IMG/VR virus record: IMGVR_UViG_3300042898_001199
Span: 1 to 63,903 of that record
Strand: one strand, 5' to 3'
DNA: 63,903 nucleotides
Source of the DNA: a virus
Taxonomy: Duplodnaviria; Caudoviricetes
The stretch's first letter is position 1. Each line of letters begins with the position of its first letter. The translations under genes were made by a program, and so were the position numbers. The notes below the pieces were generated by a model. It worked only from the letters and a program-made list of their open reading frames with translations. It made no database searches and was not told where the DNA came from. Below are positions 17,537-30,100 of the stretch, piece after piece.

Positions 17537-18090
17537 TATGAGAAGTCTTTTTCGTTAAACAATATGCACGAGAAATATTTAACTCCACTATTTTGGCAGA
17601 GTGTCATAAACTCGTTAAATTCTTTAGGGTTGTTTCTTACTTGACATCCGGCACTCCACTTATCAATTATTCTGCTAATTGCATTGGCATTTGCACGATG
17701 ATGGTTAATACCATAGTTACCATAGATAGCTTTACCTATCTGCTCGCTTTTATTGTTTTTATTTGTATCTCTGAATACAGGAAGGGGAGCGTATTGAACT
17801 AGAGCCTTGTATTGCTTCTTGTGATATCCTATTACCCATGAGTTTAGGTGCTGACCTTCTGCAAGGACAGCGGTACCTTTTGGGTTCATAAAGTTTTTCA
17901 ACCAATGCACGCCAGGATTAGTTGTTCCGGTATGCCATGTAACCTGTTCATCATGAACTACCCCCATGACATCATCAAATTGATCGGGAGCGTCATCAGC
18001 AGAGCGAATGTTCACCAATTGAAATGGTAACCATTTGTATCCCATCTTAGCGGCAACTGCTTTTAATTCTTCTATTGTTGGCTTTTTCAT
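17536..18090 (-). CDS. putative endolysin (L,D-peptidase/YkuD-like His-Cys motif)
   Basis: GINHHRA...WSAGCQV motif; next to holin-like genes. Confidence 0.6.
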   Translation of the reverse strand: MKKPTIEELKAVAAKMGYKWLPFQLVNIRSADDAPDQFDDVMGVVHDEQVTWHTGTTNPGVHWLKNFMNPKGTAVLAEGQHLNSWVIGYHKKQYKALVQYAPLPVFRDTNKNNKSEQIGKAIYGNYGINHHRANANAISRIIDKWSAGCQVRNNPKEFNEFMTLCQNSGVKYFSCILFNEKDFS

Positions 18091-18095
18091 ACTTA

Positions 18096-18127
18096 CAAAT
18101 TTACGTCATTTTGTTATTTGCTTTCAA
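18096..18127 (-). promoter_or_regulatory. promoter for the lysis cassette, probably leaderless
   Basis: TTG-N21-TAAATTTG ending 5 nt before ATG 18090. Confidence 0.6.
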
Positions 18128-21100
18128 TTTTATTGTCAATAATCTTGAAATAATTAGTTTTTATAGGCTTAACATTTGTCAACTTCTTATTGTATTGATA
18201 CAAGTCGTAGTAATATCTTTCTAAAGCTTGTTGACCACCTGCCTCACTAGCTTCATACTTACTGTAATCAGTATCTGTTTCAATTGATTTAGTGATGTAA
18301 TCAGACACTTCTTGATCGTATTCCTCTTTAGAGAATCCCTCTAAGAATTTACCTAACGCAACATCATCAAGGAAAGTTAAGTTTTCAAAGTTTAACTTAG
18401 GATAATCAGCAGGATCAACATCATACTTCAACTTCTTCTTAGCGTCAAACTTTGCCTTCTCAGCTAAGAATTTAATTACCGCATATTTACCCTCATCATT
18501 TCTATCTTTCAAGGCATATCTATTATTCTTCAACTCATCTTGTATGTAGTTCTTGAACATTGATGTAGCCTCTTGAGTCAGAGCTTCAGATCTTTCTTTT
18601 CTCTTTTCTGCTGAGACAAATTTAGAGTTGTCTTGTACAGACAAAACACCTACACCGTTCTGATCAAAGTTCAACACACCAGCTACCAAGTTGTATTTAC
18701 CGTCAGATGATAAAATAACTACGTCTTGTTGAATAGCAACCTCATCTTGAAGCGACTTGATAAAGTCTCTAGAGAATGGAATTTGCTTACCATCCATAGC
18801 AAGTATTAAGTTCGTTGCCATGATCGTAGCGGAAAGCATTTTATTTAGGTCTGCTGTTTCTTCGTTGAACAATTTACCACCCTCTTCCCATAAGTCATAA
18901 ATAGTTGCCTTGTTGTGTCCTGGCTCATCAAGATAATCTTTATATAACTTTTGAGCTTCTTGCATCAACATATATACTGGAGGAACGCTAGTTGCAAATG
19001 CTAAAGCGGCATACTTTTCTACAGCATCATATTTTTCAAAGTCAATACCTTCTGTAAAATAAAGAGATTGTAGAACTTCATCAATAGGTTGTCTTTCTGC
19101 ACCTTTCATATTTCTAGCAAACTGCAATAAAGATATAGCCATCGCTCTACCAGAAGCACCGTATCTAGAGGTGGTTACATTGGCCGCTAGATTAATACCC
19201 ATAGAGGCGATCATCTTCCACATCTTGTCCGGGTTAGTAAACATTTCTAAAGTTTCTTCACCTTTTTTCTTTTCCTTGTCATCATCACTAAAGAAAGCTC
19301 TTTCAATACCTTTTACAGCAGCAAATATCACAGTATACATAGTCAAACTTGTAGCTGAAGTGGCAAATTTAAATAATCCTCTTCCTAGATCTGCTCCCTT
19401 ATTCATCCGGTCATCCTTAGTGATACCTCTTCCAGCTCTCTTAGCTCCGTAAAGCATGTTGCTAACGTCTCTGTATACAAAGTTGTTGAATAAGTTAAGC
19501 ATTTGAGCGACAGTATCATTTGATGATACAAGACCTTTACTAACGTCAGATTTGCTTCCCTTGCCTGTCAATGCCATTTTAGGTATACTAAACAAATCGG
19601 GCAACCATCTGTAGTTTGCTCTTGCCTGACCTTTGAATGAACCACCTTTAATAGATTGAATTCTCTGATCTGCAAATGAGGCAGCCCTATCTAAATCATA
19701 TTTGTAATCACTATCATCAAAATGTTTAGCTTCAGAATAATCTTCGCCAGTTAAACGCTTGAACTCTGATCTAAAATAAGACATCCATTCCCCAGGAGTT
19801 AATGGTGCTGTTAAGTTGTGCAATGAAGCGATTGAGTTTTCTAATTGCTGAGAGAAAGTATTCTTTGTAAGGTTTCCTTTCTTAGTAGTTACCTTGACCT
19901 TAAAATCCCAGTTTAAATTAGCTACAGGGCTGCCAAATTTCTCCATAAGATTTTTAGCCTCTCTGTAAGACTTGGGGTCAAAACCTCTAAGGCTTAAAGT
20001 TCTAAAAATACCAGAACCTATATTTGTTAAAGTCTCAGCTGCTGTTCTTCCAATACCAATCAAAAGTTTAGCCGCAAAAGATTTTGTCAACTTTGTTAAG
20101 AAGTTATTTGCAGATCTGCTTAATTGATGGTCAACACGATTTCTGTTTGACTGTTGAAGAGCGTTTAATGTTTTGACATCTGCATCTCTTCCTTCCGCTC
20201 TAGCCGCCTCTCTTGCGTTTTTAAACACTTCATTAACGTAAGATATTGCGTTGCTAATATAGAAATCTCGTGCAGATTCAAAGGCGTTGTTTGCCACAAG
20301 AGAATCAACATTGAATTGTAATGGCCCAGCAGGATCTTTTGACACACGACTGTAAGATGACTGAGATCTAACAGTACCTCCAACAGCACCACCATATCCA
20401 AGCTCAACATTAGAGTCTTCAGACATTCCCTTTCCAATATATCTACGAGGAGAGAAGAACTCTGTCAGCTCACCATTAACACCTCTTACAGCGTTAGCGT
20501 TGATAATTAACTCGCCAGAAGTTCTGTTGGCCTCTCTAAATGCACTGTAAAGCTTTTGCTCGCTCTCAGACATCAAAGAAGAAGGGTCGTTAAGATAAGC
20601 TTCGTATATCTTTCTATAATCTAACTTGCCGTTCGTTACAAATGCAGGGTTAGATATTAAGTTGTTGTATACGTCTTCTACGATATTCAAGACACCTTCC
20701 TCATCGTATATCGCACGCTCGATAGAATCTTCTTTTAGCTGATTGCCTAACCAGTCATTCGTATTCTCGTTATACTGATAAGCTTTATGACCTGAGTCAA
20801 GGATATGAGAGAGTATACCAACTCTGTGTTTGAAATATTTCTTAGCACTTACAGAACCTTTTGCAGTCTTAACTCTATCTTTTAAGAATAAGAATTTACG
20901 ATTTGCAAATGATAAGTCAGCAGTTTTCTTGTAGTAAGAATCTAATATCTGATTTACCTTATCGCTCATCTTCTTAAACGATCTGTCGATAGGAGCAACA
21001 ACATATTGATATAAAGCATCTCCTTCTTTCAATCCAAGAACGTCTTCCCATTGGGCAGCCTCTTCAGACGATAACTTTCTCAACAAAAGATTAACCCCTT

Positions 21101-24100
21101 TCGTTAACTTTTTATAAATATCACCTAGTTGATTTACAATTCTTAATCCAGCCTCTTGCGATCTAATCTCAACACGATTAACCATTTCACGAACTTCCTT
21201 TTCCGGCATGAAGCCGTACTCCATTCTGTCTAAAGCTTCGTTTAATTTTAACAAGTCTTTTACATCTAAGTTCATTAACTCGTTAGCAGACAAGCTTCTT
21301 AATCTTTCAAACAAGCTTTTTTGCTCACCAACAAATAAATCGTTAGTAGTAATGCTTGAAATCTTCTGGAACAAATCATCTGTCAAACCTTCTTTCAAAG
21401 TGTCAATTTGATCTTGATGATTTGCCTCATAGACTCTCAGCCCATTTTCCATAGTGTAAAGATCTCCTGAGGCCCATTGCTCGTGTGTAGCGGCATCAAT
21501 TAACCCCTGGTTATACAGCGAGTCCAAAATTCTTTTAGCCTTGTTTACAGATCTTACAAATGCGGTATACTCCTCTAGCGTGTCAATAGGCATAGACTTG
21601 ATATCTGTTAGTAGATCAAAATAATCTGCCGGCAGAAATTCTTTCTTGCCTAAATCTGCGCTAAAAGCCTTGTCAGCCAAAGACATATCTAATCCCGTAT
21701 GATCAGGAACCGGCTTTGCCAATCTAGCAACCGCGTCTAAATAACGATCCATCTCTGCATCAGTCAATAGAGGATTGTTGTCCGTGTCAAACAAAGGAAT
21801 AGATACGAATCTTAAAACATCTTCTGTAAATTCATTGTGCCTTCTCTTAAGGGCTGTCTTTCTATTAGAAGCTAAAGCATCCATTTTAGCAGCAAACTCC
21901 TTGTTAGCAACAATCTTATCAACATACTGTATGAAGTTGTCAATTTGCTTGTCTGTAAGAGATGTCACTGCACCTGTAGCTCTGTTTACAATAGCTGAAA
22001 TTTGCTGGCTATTCAACCCACTCAGTTTAGCTAATTTTAAATATTCCTTAACAAAGTATCTAAAACTATTACGTTTGTTTTTCTCGTCAGCCTTAGCTTG
22101 CTTAATATTTTCTTTTGTTTGAGATAATTCAGTTCTCAGTTCTTTTAGTTTTTCTTTTAACTTAAACACATCAGGCTTTTCATCACCTCTCTTAGCCTTA
22201 AGTTCAGCCTTGTTTATTTTATCCCACTGTGCATTTACAGCGTCTTTTAACTCGTCAACCGTAAAGAACTCCATGCCATCTCTTGTGGCATCAGCAAATG
22301 CTTTTTCTATAGCAATAGCTTTTGAAGAGTTATCCATTTCGGAATATATCTTAGCAACAGTAGCAATATCTTCAGCTAATTTATTTTTTAAGTCCCTTTC
22401 AATATTCTCCTCAAACTCTCTTTTTTTCCAAGAAGACATATCTCTAAAGCCTTTAATCTTTCTAGCTTTAGCAATCAAGTCATTTACTGTATTTAAAATA
22501 CCAGCACCTTTCCTTACCTTATCCGCAGACTCGTCAAGAAGTAAACTGTATTCCAATTTATCACTATTATTCATTTGAAGTTTAGTAGTGATGTTTTCCG
22601 ATTTGCCTGTTGAGGTTTTATTTTTCTCAGCCAATACTTCGTTAGCCTCAAACATTTCTAAAGCTGGGTTGAACTCAATAGAAGAAGGATAATCTTTATC
22701 AGGTCTCTGATAAAACTCTCCCTTCATTTTCTCAGTTGTCTCAGCTCTTAAATCTTCACCCCACTTAACAACAATCATTGGATAACCTAAATTAGCCGCT
22801 TCTTGAGCAATGAATGCAGCTTGTTTATTAGGATCAAAAGCCTGGCCTGGATACATCTTCTCAAACGTAGCTTTTGCCGCATCATATAAGTTCAATGGAT
22901 CCTCATTAAAAGGATACACATTATCTTTAGGTATTCTTACAACATAACCATATTTACCTGATACATCTAATACGTCAGGTCGAGTGTAGTACATGCTGAT
23001 ATTTAACCCCGGTCTTTCGTCTTTTCCTGTTCTTGAGGTGTTTTTACCAAAGTACTTAGGATCGATAGAAGATATTTTATTTGGAGAGTAGTGGTAGAAC
23101 AAGTAATTACCTTGGTCATCCTCGGTCATATGCTTAGTTAACTTAGCATTGTCTACTAAAGATTTAACTTGAGACTTAGACACGAAATTTTTAAATCCTT
23201 CCGTATCTTTTTTGGAACCTAATACATGAACTTGTTTATTTGAATCAACCGCTATCTGATCCATCTCTGGAGTTAGCTCGTTAAATTTCTGGTATGCAGG
23301 CAATCCGTTCTCATCAACCGGCCCAACATATTCACCTATATATGTATTATTTTCACCTTCCGTTTTAAAGTCAACATAATTATCTTTATCAAGACCCTTG
23401 TAAGCAATAATAGCGTCAGCACCGTTTGTTACTTTAGAAACAGTCAACTCTTTAAGACCTGCGTATCCTCTTCTCCAGTTGGCATCTATATCAACTACAT
23501 GAAAATTATTAACATTAAGAATTGCAGCTGAAATTCTACCTTTGCCACCACCTGTATAGTCAGCAGATTTATTTTTATTAAGTGTCCAATATAAACCCTT
23601 GCCTAAGTTCTTAGCCCCTGTACCTTTTTCAGGATCTAAGTCTTCCGCTTCAATCATATCTGAATTTTCAGATCCTCTGTAAAAGATATTTTGCAATAAA
23701 CTTTTTGGGAAAATATTTTTGAGGTACTCGGCATATTTTTCAACTGTCCCAATAGATTTTAATTCGGGATTTTGTTCAAACACTTCGTTTAAAACTGCAC
23801 GTTGAGTATCATCTATTTGAGATTTAACTTGAGCTTTATATTTTATACCAGTATTAATTCTAACTACTGAATAAGGTATATTTCTAGCTCCTGCAAAATT
23901 AGCCGCATATTCTAAATCTCTTAAAGGAGTATTATCATTTTCAATTTTTTCTGATGTTCTAACTTCACCATCTTTTACTGAAGATAAAATATCTTTATAA
24001 TTTTTCCTTTCTGATAACATATGGACAGTTACTCTTTGGCCGTCTTCTGTTTTCATTACTCCTGGATAAGAAATGTGTTTTCTTTTTTTCGCTGGAATAT

Positions 24101-27100
24101 CAGACTCGTCTTCAACAATTAATTTAGAAGGTATTTCAATATAAGCAACTGCCGATTCAATAGGAGCGTTTTCCATAAAACCTTCTTCCTGTACATTGCC
24201 TAATCTTTTAGTTGCGGCATCAACTGTTATTTTACCGCTTTTATTTAATGGGATATTTAACTTCTTAGATAAACTACTAAAGTCAATTTCATTAGATTTA
24301 AATATTTCAGCTATAATTTTCTTCCCAACATCAACTCTTTTCTTAAAGGTTTCATCGTTAGAGTTTATAAAGTAGTCTTTAATAACACTATGAAGTTCTT
24401 TTGCGCTTAATTTTCCGCTAAATAATTTGATCCCCTCATTATCTTTTTCTTCTTTAACTGCCGTATTTAAAGCATTTCTAAATACACTTAATGGTATATC
24501 ACCATCTTGAACTGCTAACTCTAAAATATCTATAGCAGCAGCCATACCATCTCGACTACTTAATACTTTTAAATCTGTTGATTTAAATACAACTACTCTC
24601 ACAGGCTTGCCTGGGTATTTGTCAAATATTTTATTTACTAAATTGATAAATGTTTTTGACATCTTAGGAGTTGAAGCCCAGAATGTACCGTCTTTATTAT
24701 ATTTAATAGCAAAGTGCAAACCTCCATTTCCTTCTAATACTACTCTCTTATCTCCTTTTTTATACTTAACGCCATCAACTTCCGTGTCTTTGTCATAAGT
24801 GCCGTAAGATAAATCTCCAACCATTTTATTATCAGGGAACATTGATATTACGACCTCACCCTCTAACTCTTCAATCTTTGCATTTTGAACTAAATACCCC
24901 TCATCTTCCAATTTTTTCAAATCAGATGCAGGTATAAGATTAGCTTCAAAATTTCCACCTAATGAATATTTTGACTTTACTTCATCAGACGTGTTAACGT
25001 TTTCAGCAAATTTATTATCAAGTTTTATTTTTTGACCATAGTAAACTTTGCTTGCAAAAGTCTGGAAGAATTCCATAATCTCTTCTGGAGAAGATGTATC
25101 GTCAATAGGCTTAAGATCAGGGCCAAAATACTTAGCAATAAGTTGGTTGATATACTCAGCAATAGACTTTAAGAAAGATTTATTAGCAGGATCAGACTCT
25201 TTTAATTGAGACAATAAAGCTGTAACCTCAGAAACATATTCCTCAGCACGCTCAACATCGCTATACTCTTCATTAGAAGCTAAATCAGCAGCGATCTCAT
25301 CTATTGATATCTCAAATGGAACGCCATCTTTATCTAAGGCTATTAGTTTTTTACCCTTAGCAAGATCTGCTATTTTATTTTTAAACTGAGCGTATAACTC
25401 AGGCTTATCTCCAAACATTTTAAACAATAGAGCGTGAGTCATCTCATGCGCTACAGTACGAAGATTAGCAGACTCTAAATTAATCGCAATAACTCCAGTT
25501 TCTTCCCCAGGAAGAATTGTGAATAAACCTCTTGAGTCAGCATTAGCACCAACAGAGTTAGCGTAATTTTTAAAATCACTTTCATTATCAAAAACAATAA
25601 TGTTAAAGTTAGGAAGCACAGACTTTAATGTTTTTAAAGCCTTGACAACTTGAGCTACTACTCTCTTCTGAGTAGGGGTCTTTGCCACTTTTGCTAACTC
25701 CTTAGCTCTGTTGTTATCAGAAACATTATATCCGGTAGTATTTGCTTGGTTTAAAATATCGTCTGTTGTAGGCTGAACGTTTTCTTCATTAGAAGTCTCT
25801 ATTTTATTGCCATCCTTATCGAGCAAAGTATCAAAGTCGTATTCTATAGCAAAGTCTACTTTCTCACCAGCTACATTCATCGTGCTGTAATTATCTCCTT
25901 GAGATTCAAACTTCTCGGCTCCCTTGATTCTAGGATGGTAAGATCCATCTTGAAATACTAATCCGTCATGGGCAGCTACAGACTCTTGATCAAATTCTAT
26001 TGCAAAAGCAACAGCGTCTTCTCTAGACAAATTAGGAACAAAGAAACTAAGTTCTGAATTACCATACTTGCCAAATGCACCGTCAGTAGAGTAACCTCTT
26101 TCTTCTAGCCAAGATTTAGCAGCCTCATTTCTTTTAGCGTTTTCTTCATCGCTAAGAGATTTTCTTTGAGGGTTCCAAGCTGTAAGAAGACCAAATACAC
26201 CGTTCTTAATCGTTTCTATAAATGAATTACGGTCAGGAAAAGAAGACTCCGGTAAATTTGCTATAGCATTCTCATCCCAAGCCTCGTCTCTAACTATTTC
26301 TGGGGTGTTGGTTTCTGTTCCTGGAGTTTGCTCAGATTTAACTTCACGCAATAGAGGGGTGATAAGAGCATCGTATTTATCATAGATAGGCTTATAGATA
26401 GCGTACAAATCATCCGGCATGCTGCCTTGTGTATCACCTTTTGTATCTGAATAATTGTCTATATCAGGTATCGCATTACGAAGATCTTCCTGTTCTCTAG
26501 CTCTTAGATCAGCTATGTCTTGATCTTTGTTTTCTTCAACAGGCTTAACCTTTTCTTCTTCATCTTTTTGTTTATTAGCCTGCTCTCTTGCTTTTAACAA
26601 TTGAGCGTTGATTAATTCTTTTGCCTTAGGTAGATTTTCTTCAACCATACCTCCAGATACTTCAGGAGCAAAGTTCACTTCTTTAACAGTGCCATCTTGA
26701 TTCATTGAATAAGAAACCACACCTAGCTCAGAAAGAGAATTAACGAGAACGTCTGACGATTGTCTTCTCTTTTGATCAGCATTAAATGCAGTTAATATCT
26801 TATTATCTAATTCTTCAATTTTTGCAGTAGACTCCACGTCAACTATGCCTAATTTTTCAGCTTCTTTAGTCGCTTGAACTAGTTTGCCTTTTTGAATGTA
26901 TAGGTCTAAAATCTCAGCCTTGGCCAAGTCTCCAGCTTTCTTAAAAGGAATTACTCTTTCTAACTCTTTATAAGTATTGTTAACCTTTTGGAAGTCCTTA
27001 TACTGATCAGTTTCTTTTACATCGGCATTTCTCTTTTCAGCTTGAGCTAAAATTTCCTTGCCGTTTTTACCAACCTCTAATTGCATGAATTTCAAACCAG

Positions 27101-30100
27101 CAGTCTTATCAGTTTTTTCTGAAATAACTTCTGCGGTAGTTGCTATAGATGCGCTAGCTGTTCCGATTAAAGCCCCGATGGCCCCTTGAACTAAAACTTC
27201 TTTAGCCGCCTCAGGAAGAGTGTCATTTTTAATTTCTGCTAAATTCATGATTGTAGACTCTACAACACCAGAAGTTATCTCTTCCCCAGCTTCTTTTGTA
27301 CCTTGAGAGAACACTTTAAACCCAGCATTTCTAGTTATTTCGTATGCGTTTGCAAGAAGTGCCTTGGAAATTTGTTGAGCAGATAAACCATCAGCTAATC
27401 CTCTAGAAATGATTTGAGCTGAATTCTTTTTAATAGTAATTCCCACAGCGTCCGGAAGTTCAGGTACTAAAGCTTCAATAGAAGCTAGTGTGCCTGCTGT
27501 CAAGGTTCCGTACAACATTGCTAATCCTTTGTCATACCCAGCGTCTTCAAATTGCTTAACCATATCTCCTTCCATTACAAGGAAGTTATATGTAATAACT
27601 CCTGCTGCGCCAAAAGACATGGATGCTCCTACATTATACACTAGATTTGGCACTTGAGATATAGCGTTGCTATACCACCACATTCCACTATACTCTTCTA
27701 AATAAGGATTGACAGCCATTTCTGACCATCTTGTTTTTCTAAACTGAGTATTTTGCATATTTGCATCTACCTCGTCCCAAGTATTACTATCATCTGTAAA
27801 CACAGATTCAATAACATTATACGTTTGAATAAAACCTTCCCCAATATTTTTATTTGCAGTGAAAATAGTTTTCACTGTTGATTCAAGAATATTATCCTCT
27901 TTAGCACTTTTTTTCAAATAAGCGTTCCACTCGTCTTCTTTTAATTTTGCAGCGGAATATGCTCCTGAATATCCGCCACCAGAAACTACAGAATATTGAG
28001 GGTTTTCACGAAGATTAATATCTAAATTGTCAATAGTATATTTAATTGATTTTAAATCAGCAAAACCTTTATCTTTAGACACGATATTCAACTTAGAACT
28101 TAAAAAAGCAATCTCTTCGTAATCTTCTTTATGATCATCATAAAACTTTTGAAGCTTACCAGCGTCTCCACCAAGTGACTTGCTAGACTCAACTATCTTA
28201 TTTCTTTCTTCTATTAATTGTTTTTGTTTAGCGAGAATCTCGTTAACCTTATCAGAATTCTCATTTTTAATATAAGATTCTCCCTTTTCATTTTTGTCTA
28301 AATAGGGTTGAAGTTCGCCTTCTAACTTATCTAATTGATTTATTTTTTGATTAACTAAATCTAATAATTCTTGAGCTTTATTTTTATCAACACCATCCTT
28401 AAGGTGCAATCCATCTTCTTGAACATCATAATACTGTTCAATCTCTTTAGATATTTCCTGAACCTCTGTATTAAGTTTTGTTAAATCCTCAGAAATCTTC
28501 GCAGCTTTTGCCGATCCGTCAGTAGATTTCAAAATAATCTGATTGTCAACAACATCGGCATATTGAGCTAGCTCAGTTTCTGTTTCTTTAATGGATTTAT
28601 CAAAGTTTGAAATAAGCTCATTGTTTTTCTTAATCTCTTGTAGGTTAATATCTAATTCAGATTTATCTATATCTAATTTAGATTCTTCATCTGCAATTTT
28701 ACTATTTAAATTTTCTAATCTTCGAGAGTCTTTATCAGCAGTTCTCAAAGCACCAGATGATTTCAAGTCATCCGTCTTTAAATATGCAGATGCACTATAA
28801 AAAGATGTTACATCATTTAAAGCAGATCTTCTAATATTCATAGCCCATTGAGCATCTGCTTGAAAACCTTTATCCATTTCACCATACCCTCTTCCGGCAA
28901 CATTGTTTTCATGAATTTGCTTCATGTGATCAAGATCCTCTTGCTTAAACTTACCAGTCTCAATACCTTTTTCGATGTATTTTAAATCCATGTAATAAGC
29001 AACGTCCTCGTTCAATTTATTGTAAAGATCATCAGCAGCTTTAGCTTTTGCCTGTGCTTCTAATTCCTTAACTTTTGCAAAATCATATTCAATCGGATTG
29101 CCAAATTGATCTACCTCTGGCAACTTAACATTCTGAACGTATTCAGAGTTTGCAATTAAGCGTTTTAAGTCATTTTGATTGCCAATTAAAAACTCTTTTG
29201 GAGAGATGCCCATGCCACTCAATATTTGAGCAGATTCAGACACATTTATATTGTTGAAGAAATCTTCGTCAATTTTATCAACATGTGCGTTGTTAGTAAC
29301 TATTTGCTCTGCACTCTCTCTATTTTTTCTTTTATTAATACCAGCAAAGAAAGTTCCTTCTCCAGGACGGCCAAGTATACCTCCAAGAATGTTAAACTTG
29401 CCGTCTAAAGATTTAGCTTGAGTTTTTTGGACTTCCTTGTTTTTCTTGATCGTGCCTCTAAGAACATCCATAAATGTTTTAGGAGCATTCTCGTCAGCTG
29501 TAGCTACTACTTCCTGCTCTCCCATCAAACCTTCAATGGTTCCTAAGTTATATTGCCCTTGGTGTTTAGTCAAGGCCAAGTCTACAAGAGCTGTAGCGGA
29601 GTTTTCATCCCATTCGGGATTACTAGCTCTAATCTCTTCCTTAAGTTTAGTTTCTTCCTCAGCACTCATGCCGTGAAATAAAGAAACTGTTTTTCTATTA
29701 AGGTCATTCCACGCATCATCATTACCAGTGTAATTACGAATAGTAGAAGAAGATTTTTTGATATAATCATTATAAACAGCGTCACCCACTTGGCCTGTGT
29801 AGTTATTTGCTGTTTTTTTAGCTTTAGTTACATAATCTTTTGAGTAATCGCTTTCTTCATTTTCAGAGAAGTATACAATTTCATAAGTGCCATCTGCATT
29901 ATCCTTATACCCCAATATCTGATCAACTCCATATTCAGGACCTTGATCTACACTCGGGTCGTTTTTTCTTGCAAATGAAAATTTCTTTTGCTTTTCCTTT
30001 TTTTTTCTGCCTGGTTTTTCCGGGTCATCAACTTCTATATCTTCCTCCACAACTTCTGGCTCTTCAAAAAATCCTCCCCCTGTTGATTGGGAAAGTAAAT

